Shown in pieces: positions 49,566-61,844 of a stretch of 64,000 nucleotides of DNA. Location of the stretch: assembly GCA_036785375.1 (NCBI GenBank), contig JAWMAR010000710.1:310001-374000 (forward strand), in the 5' to 3' direction. Position 1 is the first letter of the stretch, and every line of letters starts with the position of its first letter. This DNA comes from Leucoraja ocellata (lineage: Eukaryota). A program made the position numbers and the translations under genes. A model generated the notes under the pieces. The model saw only the letters and a list, made by a program, of their open reading frames with translations. It had not been told where the DNA came from and did not search any database.

Positions 49566-51274
49566 TTAAACTCTACAAATTAACAGGTTCAAGCTTTTAT
49601 GGCTTGGATGGCTATCCCCCGTCACGGGATGTAGTAGTAGATCTGGTCTGTGTGGGATTGTAATACATAGTTCTAATACCATGTTTTGCACCATGGGAAC
49701 CATGGTTGAGTAGGCCAATCGGGTACTACTAAAATACCAGACGCAGAGTCTTGTTGTATTTTCCTTAATACCCGACTGATGAGGCAGAAGGGAGGGAATG
49801 CGTAAATAAACCATTTCCCCCAATGCAACAAAAATGCATCTGTTGCCGCTGCCCCAGGGTCTGGTTCCCATGAAACATAGTTAGATATCTGGTTGTTTAG
49901 TCTGGATGCGAAAAGATCGATATTTGTAATATCAGAAAACATCGTTTTGTTTAACATCCATTCGGTGTTTTCATTAAATTTGCGTGACCTGGTGTCTGCC
50001 ACTAAATTTAGTCTCCCTGGTAGGTAAGTGGCTGATATCCAAATATATTTCTGGATGCACCATTGCCAAATTGAATTAGCGAGATTGTCACATGATATTG
50101 ATTTGTTGCCGCCCATGTGGTTGATGTATGCTACCACAGTGGTATTGTCTATTTGTAATCTAACATGCTGGTGGTGTGATCCAGTACAATATGACTTAAG
50201 GCCATGAAATGCACCCAACATTTCCAAGTAATTTATACCCAGTGTGAGTAAGAAGGATGCCTCCTGCGCTGTCCATCTACCTCCACAGCTGGTGATGGTA
50301 TTGGTGGCTCCCCACCCTAGTGCACTGGCATCAGTTTGTAGTACCATCGAAGGGTTACTGACAATGATTGGGTTGGAACAAAGCCAGATGTTATCTATCC
50401 ACCATTTTAGTTCCGTTTTGGCTTGGATTGGTAGTCTCATAGGTCTGTCAAAGTGACCTGCATTAATTTTTAGAGCTTAAATTTTGGCTCTCTGTAAGTT
50501 TTGGTAATGTAGAGGTCCAAATTGTATGGCTTGGAAAGCAGCCACCATTTTACCAATTACTTTAGCTACCAATCTGATGGATGGGTTTCTGATGTTAATG
50601 AGGTTACTGCATATCTCTATTATTTCTCTGGCCTTTTCCTTAGGTAGTGTCACTGTCATGTGAACTGAATCAAAGGTGAATCCCAAGCAGTCCATAGTAG
50701 TGGATGGTGTTAGTTTAGATTTAACTGGATGGATGATAAATCCCAGTTGTTCAAACAACTGTTTTGTGGCTGTTACAGTTAGTATGGCCAATTCCAAAGT
50801 TATGCCCACAATGAGTATGTCATCTAAATATGCCATAATCATGTGTTTGCGTTTCCGTAGAAATGCTAGGGCTGGTTTCAAGATTTTTGTGAACAGCCTG
50901 GGGGCTGATGTTAGCCCATTTGGCAGTGCTTTATATTGTCAGATTGTCCCATCCCGTTGAATTTTAACATCTGTGGTCACCTCGTATGGGTACTGAATAG
51001 TAAGCATCTTTTAAATCGATGCTAACCATGAAGTACCCTTTGAAATTAGTTGTTTAGCAGTAACAAAGGTTTCCATTTTAAAGTGAATATATTGTGCAAA
51101 TGTATTCAATTTTGTCAGACCTATGATGATGCGACAACCACCATCTTTTTTGGTTTTGGTAAATATATTGGACACGAATTCTAATGGTTCATGTCGCGTT
51201 AGCTCAATTACACCTTTTATGTAAAGCCGCTCCAGTTCAGCTTGTGCTTCTGTTTTTTCCTTATCAGAGAGCAC
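49566..51274 (-). pseudogene. DIRS pol: RT / RNase H / methyltransferase-like, fragmented by stops and frameshifts
   Basis: ORF pieces 51011-51274, 50477-50881, 49673-50440 and 49566-49871. Confidence 0.85.
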
Positions 51275-51467
51275 AAACTTTTGGTTTGGTTTATGTTGAA
51301 CTGGAGGGCTGTATAAACTCTATGGTATATCCCTGGATACTGCTTAAGATGTAAGTATTGGTGGTTAGCATGCTCCATGCATTCAAAAACCAGTATAGTC
51401 TTCCCCCAACCTCCCATATTATTTGGGGAACCAGACCCACCTACCTCCATTGCTACCAGTGGCAGGA

Positions 51468-52442
51468 CTACTTCTTCCTGAAGTTCTTCCGTTGCTGTTG
51501 TGCTGGTGCTTGGTTTTTCGGGTTGGTTGCTGGTGTTGTTGGGGTTCCCCGCATTTTCCAGGAAGGCCGGCCTGGGCCATGACCTAAAAAAGACTCATGT
51601 TTGGAGTGCCGTGCCCTCGAGCTCTCACCAGTGCTGCTGGTGGGTGCGTAAGGGTGCAGTCGTAGGCTGTGGTGGGTTTTTGCAGGGTGGGTTGTTCCTT
51701 TTATTAACCCCAAAGTTTTTGCTTCTTCGTCTAGCTCCTTTACCTGCTTCGACAAGTTGCCTCCGAACAGGAGAATGGATGGTTTGGTAGCTCCAGGTTT
51801 ACACAGTCCCGCGAATTTAGGATTAAGTGTCGGCTTTATGGCACTTTTTCTTATGCAGTTTAATTGGTGCTGCGTATTGCAGAACAGTGCCAGCGCGTCC
51901 TGTTGATCTTGGGACATAACCCTGTCGTCCACAGTGCGGGCAATTGCCGTTATTCCTGCAGTCAGCAATTTTAGGACTTTTTGAAGTTTCACGTCCATAC
52001 TTCTGACCCCTGGTCCGATATGTTTCCAGATGCAGCTGTTAATAATTGGGACGTTTAGGGAAATGCAGTTGTCTGGTGCCATATGTCTTCCTGTCGTATC
52101 CACTACAGCCTGTTCTTGTAGCTGGTTCAGTGACATATAGTCAATGCTGACAGCAAGCTTTGGCTCCAGATTTGCCCCATTTTGTTCTGGCTGTATGAAA
52201 TTTGCCACCATATCCAGCAAGTTTTCTTTGTCTTGCACCCCATGCACACTTGTATGTTTTTCCGCGGACCCCTCTTCCAAGTCAGCCCAGAACTGACTTG
52301 AAGTGCTCCCCTCTGATAAGGTGGAGACACTATGCAGCCCTTGGAAAGGTACTGCTGTGGGTTTGATATAGGGCCCACAGTGGCCTGACTCCAAATCCCG
52401 GAGCCGGTCACGCTGGAGCAGATGCTCCAAACACCGTTCCAT
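51468..52442 (-). CDS. DIRS gag-like ORF1
   Basis: 324-aa open frame at the element 5' end, upstream of RT. Confidence 0.7.
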   Translation of the reverse strand: MERCLEHLLQRDRLRDLESGHCGPYIKPTAVPFQGLHSVSTLSEGSTSSQFWADLEEGSAEKHTSVHGVQDKENLLDMVANFIQPEQNGANLEPKLAVSIDYMSLNQLQEQAVVDTTGRHMAPDNCISLNVPIINSCIWKHIGPGVRSMDVKLQKVLKLLTAGITAIARTVDDRVMSQDQQDALALFCNTQHQLNCIRKSAIKPTLNPKFAGLCKPGATKPSILLFGGNLSKQVKELDEEAKTLGLIKGTTHPAKTHHSLRLHPYAPTSSTGESSRARHSKHESFLGHGPGRPSWKMRGTPTTPATNPKNQAPAQQQRKNFRKK

Positions 52443-54174
52443 ACGGGTCCAGCGCTCTCAGTCGCTGGCCTCCCGTGGTGTATCAGAGTCGGACTCCTCC
52501 GAGTCCACGACTCTGTTTGTTTTGTGTTTTGCCTTGCCGTTCAGCCGCGTTGATTTGGCCGGCGCGACGAATACACAGGGCACAGCTGATCCCACTACGG
52601 GTGATCTTAGTGCCGACGGCTGCTTTTGCTGGCTGTCCGCTGCTCCGCGGTCCTCCCTGACCAGATTCGTCACAGCCCTCGTTGTCTTTTTCACTTTCTA
52701 CATTCTCCGTCTGTAGTGGGCAAAAAGGCAAAAGACCGCAGAGTAAGAACCTTACCTGCAATAGCGGCTTTTTTAATTGCCGCCGCGGGGGAACGTCCTT
52801 CCACCGCGTCTGACATTTTGCAATGCGTGTAGCGCAATGACACGCATGCGTCCTAGCGGGCTTCTTCACGTAGTCACTCACGTGACTCCGAGGTAAAATC
52901 CAAGCAATGGGTCCACTACAGACTCTATCAGAGTGCAGATTGAGATCAAGTAATGTTGTGTCCACTCTAACCCTATTCTCATTATTTCTCAGTGCAACGT
53001 TACACCTCACCTCCAACAGGCTTGTCTGTTCATCTACAGGAGCAATGCTCCTCTTTAACCGTCAGCACCTCTCCAGAGGAGCTGCAGTCAATGCAACCTC
53101 AGTTGTATAGCTGTGGTGCATGGAAGCAAGTTTTTACATGATTACTTGTGCCCTGAGGTCACTATGGACTCTTTCGCTGAGACATCAGCAAATCCCAGAA
53201 TCACAGAATGGTTACAGTAAAGAATGGGGCAATCTGGCTAATTGAGTCATAACCAGCTCTAAGAGCAATTAAATGTCACTTCCCCATCCTCGCCCAAGAG
53301 CCCTAAAATGATCTAGTTTCAGATACAAATTCAAGAATTAGCCTTCCCATGAGGAATGGAAGTCCAAGGTCCTCCTTGTACAACACAACCTTCTGACAAT
53401 AACATTTATGAAGAGGGCTTGGAATCTTTAGGGGATGGGCACATTGGCTGATGTTAAGGTCCCAACACAGATACTTTACTCTGAGCTATATCCTCTCCGG
53501 AGATTTTCAAGACAACAGAGAGATGTGGAATATGGAACAGTACAACACAGGAACAGGCCCTTTGGCCCACAATATCTGTATATTGGCCTGGCCATGCTCA
53601 ATGCTGATGCTCCAACTACCCGTCTGCTCCCTGGGTCCTACCACTACACTCAGCCAGCCTTCCTGTCAGTGCTGCCCCTCAGGCCCTCTCTCTGAAATGC
53701 CAGATAATAGTACCCACAGGATCACAAACTTTTTACTGAAGATCTTCAATGAACAATAGCCAGGACTAAGCCTACTATGGTTAGGACGTGTCACATTTGC
53801 CCAGGTAAAACCTGTTGAAGTTCATTCATTCTGAGCTATTGGAATTCTAGACTGGGAAATGTGCCGGCACTTTCACAATGAAGTTGACATTCATTGGTTT
53901 ATTATTGTCTCCTGCACTTAAGATAAAGTGAAAACTTTGCCTTGTGTACCATCCTAATATGGTCGTAATTTAGGAAACACTGTTTCTATGAACTCTGATT
54001 TTATACACATGGTCTTATCCCACCATTAAATGTCTCTGACACATCTGAAACCATGTTCCTGGTCATTCTGGTGTATCTGATTATTAATGGGTTACTGTTT
54101 AAACACTGGATTGCAGCTTCTTTAAAATCAAGCCGGATTAAAGTCTTAATCAGAAAATAATACTTATTTTCCAG

Positions 54175-54252
54175 AAATTAATGAGACCCCAGTACCTGAG
54201 ATGAGCCGTGTTGCTGAATATATGTCTGTGAGTAGGAAGACAAAGCAAGAAG
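54175..54252 (+). CDS. Cytoplasmic exon 2: EINETPVPEMSRVAEYMSVSRKTKQE (ITIM/ITSM-like AEYMSV)
   Basis: Acceptor ttattttccag, donor AAG|GTAAAT, 78 nt, phase 1-1. Confidence 0.8.
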
Positions 54253-54769
54253 GTAAATAGATGACTCAGTCAATGAATCTCTAGTTGTAGAGGTCTTGTA
54301 TTTGATGAAGCAACCTATTTCACATTTCACAGTTTTCTAACAAGAATGTGAGGAAGGAAATCGCAAGCACACAAACTAATTGATCAATGCAACAGTCTCT
54401 CTTGTGTCAATTCACCCCTTAGCCCCAAACTTCCTCATCCAACTGCAGGTCTTACTCTGCAATGGTTAATTGACTAATTTTCACTGGACTATCATGGTAA
54501 ACCCATGAATGTTGAGACATCACCATGAACAACATATTCACACTCCTAATTTATGTTGATCCTGATTTTATTATTTTATTTGATTAACAGCTTGGTTAGC
54601 AGCTCTGTAAAGAATGGACAACACTTACCCTTTCAAAATTCACCATCCCTTTCACAAAATATCATCTGGCATTAAATGCCTCCAATTCACTTTGCCAGTA
54701 GTTCAGACTTTGTTCAAAAGTGAAAATAACATCAACATTTCAGCTTGGTTTGAGCATCATTAATAGATG

Positions 54770-54935
54770 GTGGATAGGTGATGTTTCGGATCGAGACCCT
54801 TCTTTTGAGTCTGAAGAAGGGTCACGACCCGAAACATCACCTATACATGTCCTCCAGAGATGCTGCCTGACCTGCAGATGTACTCTAGCACTTTGTGTCC
54901 CTTTGTGTATTAACCAGCATCTGCAGTTCTTTGTT
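54770..54935 (+). mobile_element. Penelope-derived end with inverted duplication and minimal hammerhead-like core (54811-54838)
   Basis: CTGAAGA-A-GGGTC-AC-GACCC-GAAAC-ATC, preceded by its own imperfect reverse complement. Family members lie at ~1255-1440, 6170-6300, 18710-18910, 25135-25335, 26870-27034, 38120-38300, 44590-45190, 58515-58730 and 59995-60080. Confidence 0.6.
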
Positions 54936-55996
54936 TCTACGTTAGACAGCATTGTTTTTGCCAGAATTTAGACCACATTTCTGATGAATCAGGTGAACAA
55001 CAGAGTAATCTTTCTTGAAAAATCTGAAGGAACCTTTCAATAAATCAGCCATTGCTCATGTTTTAATGAGAAAAATATAAATTGGTTACCTTGTTCCACA
55101 GTATGGACCAATTGTATTCCACTGCAAAGGGTTTGGTTGTATTCATATATTGTCTTTCTACTGATGCAACAAAAGCTTTTCACAGAACCTCGGCACACAT
55201 GACAATAAACTAAACTGAACCTCAGCTGATCATATCTCCCCAAATTCCTTGAACTTAGTCCACATATGACTGGTCTCGAAGTATTCAAGAAGGAACTGCC
55301 AATTGAAAATCGAAACAAACAAAAGTGCTGGAGAAACTCAGCTGGTGCGGCAGCATTTAATTGCTCTCTAATTTGTGTTTTGCAGTCTTTTTTTCCGCTA
55401 ACCAGTGGTCTTTGTAATTTATGCTTCATTTAGGTGTTGTGCCTCTGATGCTGCTGCAGGCAAAATTATCATTGTTCCTATGCCTCGCCATTGTTGTGTA
55501 TCTGTCAATAAATTTAACGACTTAATTTGACTAACTCCTAAAATGTACTGAATGATTTGGCTCCAGCAAAATCTGTGGTAGAGAATTTCACAGTTTATTT
55601 TTTCTCATCATCTTAATCCTTATTGTCTCATGTCTTAAACCTTTACCCCTGGTCATGGTCTCCCCCAACAGGGAACATCTTTCCTCCATCAAGACTGGTC
55701 TACCTGTTGGAATTTTCTATGTTTCCATGAGAACCATTGTCATTCTTCTAAACTTCACAATCCAAATTAACACAAATTCTCTTCATAATTTCCACCATCC
55801 CAGGAAGATCAAAACAAGGAGGTTAAGAGATGTGACTTTTCATGGAGGGTTTTTTTCAAACTGCTGGAAGTACTCTATGGGTCGAGCAGCATCTATGGAG
55901 GGAAAGCGATGGTCAGCGTTTCGTATCATGACCCTGCATTGACTTCATCCTTTTTCAAATACAAATAAATTATTTGTTTCCAACTTATTTCCACAG

Positions 55997-56053
55997 ATGC
56001 AGAGGAAGATATTCATTATGGATCCATCTCCTTCCAGCCAAAAGCATCTGGTG
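55997..56053 (+). CDS. Cytoplasmic exon 3: DAEEDIHYGSISFQPKASG (ITIM IHYGSI)
   Basis: Acceptor tatttccacag; donor at 56054 (GTAAAA) or an in-phase alternative at 56051. Acidic residues followed by IxYxxI are typical of ITIM exons. Confidence 0.82.
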
Positions 56054-56775
56054 GTAAAATAGCTTTATTTAAATATGTTTTAATCTTTTGTCACAGTGAG
56101 GACTATTGGCACTGAGTAGTCTGATACCCTGCTGTCTTTGGCCACCTTACAACAGCGTTGGGCATTCCTGGGATAAAACCCCTCACTCTGCCCATCGACA
56201 TGAAGCGGGACAGTCAGCTGAGGCTCAGTTAGGAGCCCAATCTTCTCTGGGTGGGTTCAGCCTCCCCAGCCTTCTCCAAATGTGTTCGGGTCCCCTAAAC
56301 TACAGTGGGTGTGTTCTGGTCCCCTAACCTACTCTAAGTTGGTTCTGGTCCCCTAGCCTACTCTGAATAGGTACAATAGCCACTCCAGAGATCCAACCAG
56401 TGACATCCAGGCTGCTGTTACAGCACTGTTATGCATTGTCGTTGGTGATCAGAAGTGAAACCGAGACACCATTTATGCATTCTGAAGAACAATCTTCTGC
56501 ACAACTCCTGACTAAGCTAGAAGTGATAAGCACAATCCTCCTCGAATTACAAAGATGTCTTGTTCATGCTGACCATTCCTGCAGCTCACTGTAAATGCAG
56601 AGGTATGAGCATACAGATGGCAGATGGGTTTTCTGGAATTCAATGGCTTATTGATCTATTGTCAGGAAGAGCAAAATATAGTAAGCTTTAGACTTTTATA
56701 TTCCATTTGTCGTTTCCTTTGTCAACATAATCCACCAGTGTCATATTTTAATTGTGATGTTTGCATTTATTACAG

Positions 56776-56804
56776 GCAGCAGCGATAATCAAGCATCAGA
56801 CACT
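56776..56804 (+). CDS. Cytoplasmic mini-exon 4: GSSDNQASDT
   Basis: Acceptor tttattacag, donor |GTAAGT. The 29-nt length converts phase 1 to phase 0, exactly as the last exon requires. Confidence 0.75.
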
Positions 56805-56936
56805 GTAAGTATATTGATTCTTGTTGATGAAATCCCAGATCGTACACGTATATATTAAATTTGTAATCTGTTTACTGATCTAAACAGCGACAACAGCAAA
56901 TGTCTTAAATACAATTGGCATTTCTTTCTCTTTCAG

Positions 56937-57005
56937 AACCTTGTTGCTTCAAAGGAAGATGAGGCATCTGTCATCTATGCTCAAGTAACAAACACAAAAA
57001 CATGA
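56937..57005 (+). CDS. Terminal coding exon: NLVASKEDEASVIYAQVTNTKT* (ITIM VIYAQV)
   Basis: Strong acceptor tttctttctctttcag, phase 0, C-terminal VxYxxV, stop TGA 57003-57005. Confidence 0.85.
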   Translation, partial: NLVASKEDEASVIYAQVTNTKT

Positions 57006-59514
57006 ATACTCTGAAGAGAGTGGAAATTTATGACTTGGACTTTGACAAGTGCAAAGTTGCAATTTGTGGAATCGATTTTTTTACTTAATAATTTCTACAT
57101 ACTTTCACGAATGTACTTCCCCAGAGTTAACAAAATCATCACATTCATCATAACTTCTAAATAGTAACTTACAAAGAAGAATCACTTCTTTGAATACAAT
57201 TTCAGCTTTTCTTTTTTGCTTCTGCAGATGTTCTGTAAAACTGGACAGAGCAAGATCAGATAAACAATGTACAAGGATTGCAAGAAGGTAGATTGGAAGG
57301 TTGGGCATTTATCACTGGCATGCATGAGGTTGATCCAAGTGTCTGATAACAGTGGGGAAGACGCTATTCTTGAATCTGGTGTATGGACTTTCAAGCTTTT
57401 GTATCTTCAGCATAAGAGCAGCGTGGCGATAAGAGAATAACAGAGGTATAGGTGGTCCTTGATTATGTTGCCAGCTTTGCCAAGCCAGTATGAAGTATAG
57501 ATAGAGTCAATGGGGGTGAGTCTGTTTTGTGTGGTGGAATGGGCTGCGTTCATAACTCTCTGCAATCTCAGTCATCATCATTGCTCATTAGGATGCTGTA
57601 TGACTTGGAGGGGATCCTGCAGTTGGTGAAGATATCACCCAGTGTGGCTGAAACCCTTGTTGTTTGATGCCGTAAGTTTGGAAGATGCTGCCACAGTGGC
57701 TCTACTGAGTAAATACAATGCATTTTGAAGATGGAGCCCATGATGTATTACCAAACACACTATTTGGGGAATATTAAGAATTTACAGGAAGAAGATAAAA
57801 GGAGTGGGTTCTATCAGATGGAGCATGGACCAGAATGGATCTTAATGAGGAACAGGATCCATAACTAATTTGAAAGCTTAGAAAGTGATTATGTTTAACT
57901 TAAAAATCAACGGGAGAATATACCAGTTCCCACATTTAGGTGTCAATTTCAGATGTAAAAAAGCATTTTCTTGTGCAAGATAATACTCCTCACAACTGTA
58001 GTGGGCCATTACTCTTAATATCTTATGACTTGGATCATGCCCTGTGTCTCCTCTTTCTTGTATAGTGAACTTTTGTATGCTTGTCACAAACAACATTTTG
58101 CAGCAGAAGTGAAAATTGGCTCACACCAACTGCTCCTTCCTGTTTTGTGCAGGTGCTTGATTAGTAGCCTCCACTGTTTTATGTTTGCTCTGATAACTTA
58201 AAATAAAACTTCTGCTATCAGAATACATTGAAGGGAATTCTGGGCAGTTCTATTTGTGCAATATTGAAAACATAATTTGAAATCAGAAAGTTAAGAAGTG
58301 CTGACATTTCTTTTTAAAAGACTGAAGGGGTAATGAATAGTAACAACGGCAACATGTAGTTGTGAGAGTCATTAGAGGGAGATGCCAAAACTGTAGCAGA
58401 TAGTTATTACCCCAGGTAAGTGAGATGCCAGAAAATGTGGACAAGTCCTGGTTAGACCCCAGTTGTAAGATGATGTGCCATTCTGGGCAACACAACCTAC
58501 CAAGGGGCACAAGGAACTACAGATGCAGGAATCTTGCGTAGAACAAAAAGTGCTGGGACTCAGTGGATTAGGCAAACTCTCTGGAGGACATGGATAGGCA
58601 ACATTTTGGGATCCAAAATGCAAAGTCATGACATGAAACATTGCCTCTCCATAACCTACAGTGATGCTGCCTGACCCACTGAGATACTTCAGCACTTTGT
58701 GTTCTATAACCAGAAAGCATCTGTATTGTTTATGACCAATGATGACCAGATTCATCAGTATATTATTGGGACCATAGTAAAATTATGAGGAGTGATCATA
58801 CCAACTCATATTCAATTCCCAGGAACATAAAAGCCAAGGGAGCGAATTGATTCACAGAATATCAAGTAAATCTGCTGATGGGTGCCATATCCAGGATTTC
58901 TGCTGCCGTAGAGCTTTGTGTCGGAGGCCACAGAGACTCCATGACTGATCTTAGAACAGATGAATCATTTGTGGTCTGCATCATCTGTCACAGTTAATAC
59001 TGAAAGAATAACGGTCTGTGATTTAGATTCAGTTCCACCAATTGTGGCTCCAGCAAAAGCAGAAGCTGTATTGCCTTGAGCTCCTGTTTTAAACCCATTG
59101 CCTTGTTATATACTGTATATTGATTTGTTGTGTTGTTGCATTAATTTACTGAAGACCAGCAAATAAGAAGTTAATTGTTATGCATTTGGTGCATGTGACA
59201 ATTAAGCACTTGATATTCCATCTGAACTCGGATTGCACCAATCACATCCTGCGGTCTTCACCAGTTTCCCGGTGGTAGCTCAATAATGCAATGTGAGTGT
59301 CATATTGCAATGTTCCTGCTCTTTCAAACCAGCTCATGGACACGAGATGGGGAGTGGGGGAGAGAGAGAGGGAGGGAGCAAAACACAGAGAGACACAGTG
59401 TGAGTCGGTAGGAGAATGACCAACCTGCACACCAGGAAGAAGCCTCTTATTGCGGTCTGGGGCCCTCACTCATGATGGTGAGCTTAATGAAATTCTCAAC
59501 GTGTCATCGATCTA

Positions 59515-59635
59515 CATTCCTCAGTAAATGTAATTGTGTTTTAAACAAGTATTAATGACGCCGCGTGAATTTTATTCAAAGGCACATGGCGTCATTAATA
59601 CTTGTTCAAAACACAATAACATTTACTGAGGAATG
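59515..59635. repeat. Long inverted repeat (~48-bp arms, ~25-nt loop)
   Basis: cattcctcagtaaatg...taatgacgcc pairs with ggcgtcatta...catttactgaggaatg, with about two mismatches. Confidence 0.9.
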
Positions 59636-61844
59636 CGGATGGATGCAGATTGATGACATTGCATAACAAGGTGTTAACTACTTGCTGTTAAGAAGTGCTA
59701 ACAGTACCAGTTAACAAATCGTTTGTGTCTGATGGCCGTGCAGTGGTTGTTATACATGTTCGTTTAAAAAGAATCCGGATGGCGAATTAAAAAAAAATTT
59801 ATTTAACAAAGAGAATTCGTATTTCCATACGAAATACGGAACATTAGTGCGGGGCCCGCTTAGGCGTGGGGCCCAATTGGGAGCAATCGGTCAAATCGGC
59901 ATAAGGCCAGCCCTGCTTGGAGCAGCTACACAGTTCCATTCCCTTGATCAGGGAATCTTCAGGTGAGGAACAAAGGTAAGAACAAGGTAAAGTTTCTGAA
60001 GAACAGTCTCGACCCAAAACGTCACCTATTCTTTTTTCTTCAGACATGCTGCCTGACCCACTGAGTTACTCCAGTTTTTTGTAGTTTAACAATTTGCTTT
60101 TGCTCAACGTTTTAATTACTTCAAAGATTCTCTGATTTTATGCATGTTGTTTACTTTAAAATTCTTAATCATTTTATTTTGAATTGTTTATTTCATTGTA
60201 ATAAATACTTGTGAATGCCGAGGTTATTCAAAGCATTGAGAAGCCGGATTTACATGATCTGTAACTCTTCCTCCTGACACTCCAATGCCCCTTTAATCAA
60301 AAGGAAAACCATCACAGGTGTGCTTAATCCTGCTTGAGGTAATATAACCTCCTCACTGACCCCTGGGAATCTCTGGTCCATGACTGCTTCAAAAAAAGAA
60401 CAAGCATTTGGCATTGTATTGGGGCACTCTAATCCACACATTGGAAACAAAAATTCTGCTTAAGCAGTGGGAGGAGAACACCACCTCACAATCTACCCAT
60501 TGACCTCCCCGCCTTGTCTGGCACTTCCTGCCCCATCCATGGAAAGGTCTATGGTTCCAACATTGGCGTAAGCGGCTACCTCAGAATTCGCATAACTGGA
60601 GTGGACGCAAGTCTCGCTTAATCATAAGGGAGTTCCTGAGAAGAAGAGAATTGAACAGCAGAGTGCCGCAGCTGGTAGTATCACTGCCACACAGCATCAG
60701 TAACTCAGGCTCAATCCTGACCCACAGACACTGTCAGTGTGGAGTTTATGCACACCCCCACATCCCAAAGACATACAGGTCAATGGGTTCAATGATCATT
60801 GCAGATTGCCACTAGTTTGTTGCTGATTGGTGGAATATAGGGGGGAATTGACCCCCTTGACCATGTAACCAACATCTACTGCCCTCCCCATGTTAAGTCT
60901 CTTTGTCACACCCAATGACAACAGGTTCTGCTCGGCAGATTTAAGACCCCATGCACCAGGTACCATTGTTTCCTGCTTTTCCCTCAATCAGCTTCTCTTT
61001 TCCGCATCATTCGTGCCCTGAGCCTTCCAGCTGGGTTAGGGGGTTGGGGAGGGGTGATTGCAGGCCATGCACAGAGCATGGGGTCACACAGCGTTTGGGA
61101 TTTGGTTATAGTCGAAGGCTGCAGATGTCCCAGTAAAGTGAACGATCTGATATTGGGCATTGGTCCTAGATGACATAATATGCCTCTCTGAGTAAAACCT
61201 AAAGCATCTCCAATTATTATAAACTCTACAGTTTAACTTCATCGATAAACATCTCAATCGTTAAGCTCCAAGATTGTACTCAACTGAATTTATTCTGCAG
61301 TCAGACACTGTGCAGCAAGTCACTGTGCTGTCAGAAGAGTCAATACCCAACAGAGAATTTCAATGGAGACTGAAAGCTCTGTGCATGGACGATGATAGTA
61401 CCTATAATTGATTTATCTCCTCCAGTGAATGTGATGCAAAGGAAAGCGTTGGGGATCGCAGCCCGATTAATTGATTCAAAGATTCAGCATGGAAACGTCG
61501 ATCACTCGTTCACACCAGTTGCAGAGCTGGAGCAGATGGAGGAAACCCATATAGACACAGGGAGAATGTGCAACCCCCACATAGACAGCACTCAAGGTCA
61601 GGATCGGAGCCGGTTCTCGGGCGTTGTGAGGCAGCAGCTCTCCCAGCTTCTTCACTGTGCCGCTGTGTAATCTGCCTGTGCAAGCCCAGACAGCACAGCT
61701 TTACACCTTCCATTGTTCCAATGAATTATTATAGCTTTGTATTGGCTGCTCAGGGATACAATGTGTGAGATAACTCAAACCCCCTGCCCTAATAAACTTG
61801 CCTCTAACCCACACACAATAGTACTTAACATGCCCTCAGTGATT

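Larger units (their letters stand above)
48114..52898 (-). mobile_element. DIRS1-type tyrosine-recombinase retrotransposon, structurally complete with decayed ORFs
   Basis: Inverted terminal repeats, internal complementary region 48329-48440, gag-like ORF (51468-52442), RT (AYLDD), RNase H (LQTDAS...GWG), MTase-like domain (IDLFASRLN, YAFPPF) and YR (HSTRAA, AAGW...F..FY). Confidence 0.95.
31818..57005 (+). pseudogene. Multi-exon ITIM-bearing Ig-superfamily receptor gene with CD4/LAG-3-like ectodomain (leader-[D1/D2 missing or in gap]-IgV-IgC2-TM-5 cytoplasmic exons); probable null allele/young pseudogene
   Basis: Nine exons with canonical AG/GT boundaries and compatible phases join into one frame ending at TGA 57003-57005. 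The only lesion seen is an in-frame TGA in the leader exon (31887-31889). Confidence 0.75.

Noticed and set aside
31818-57005. Assigning the symbol CD4 or LAG3
   Set aside because: No CxC Lck motif, no recognisable LAG-3 tail, no syntenic marker genes in the window; orthology cannot be shown from sequence alone.
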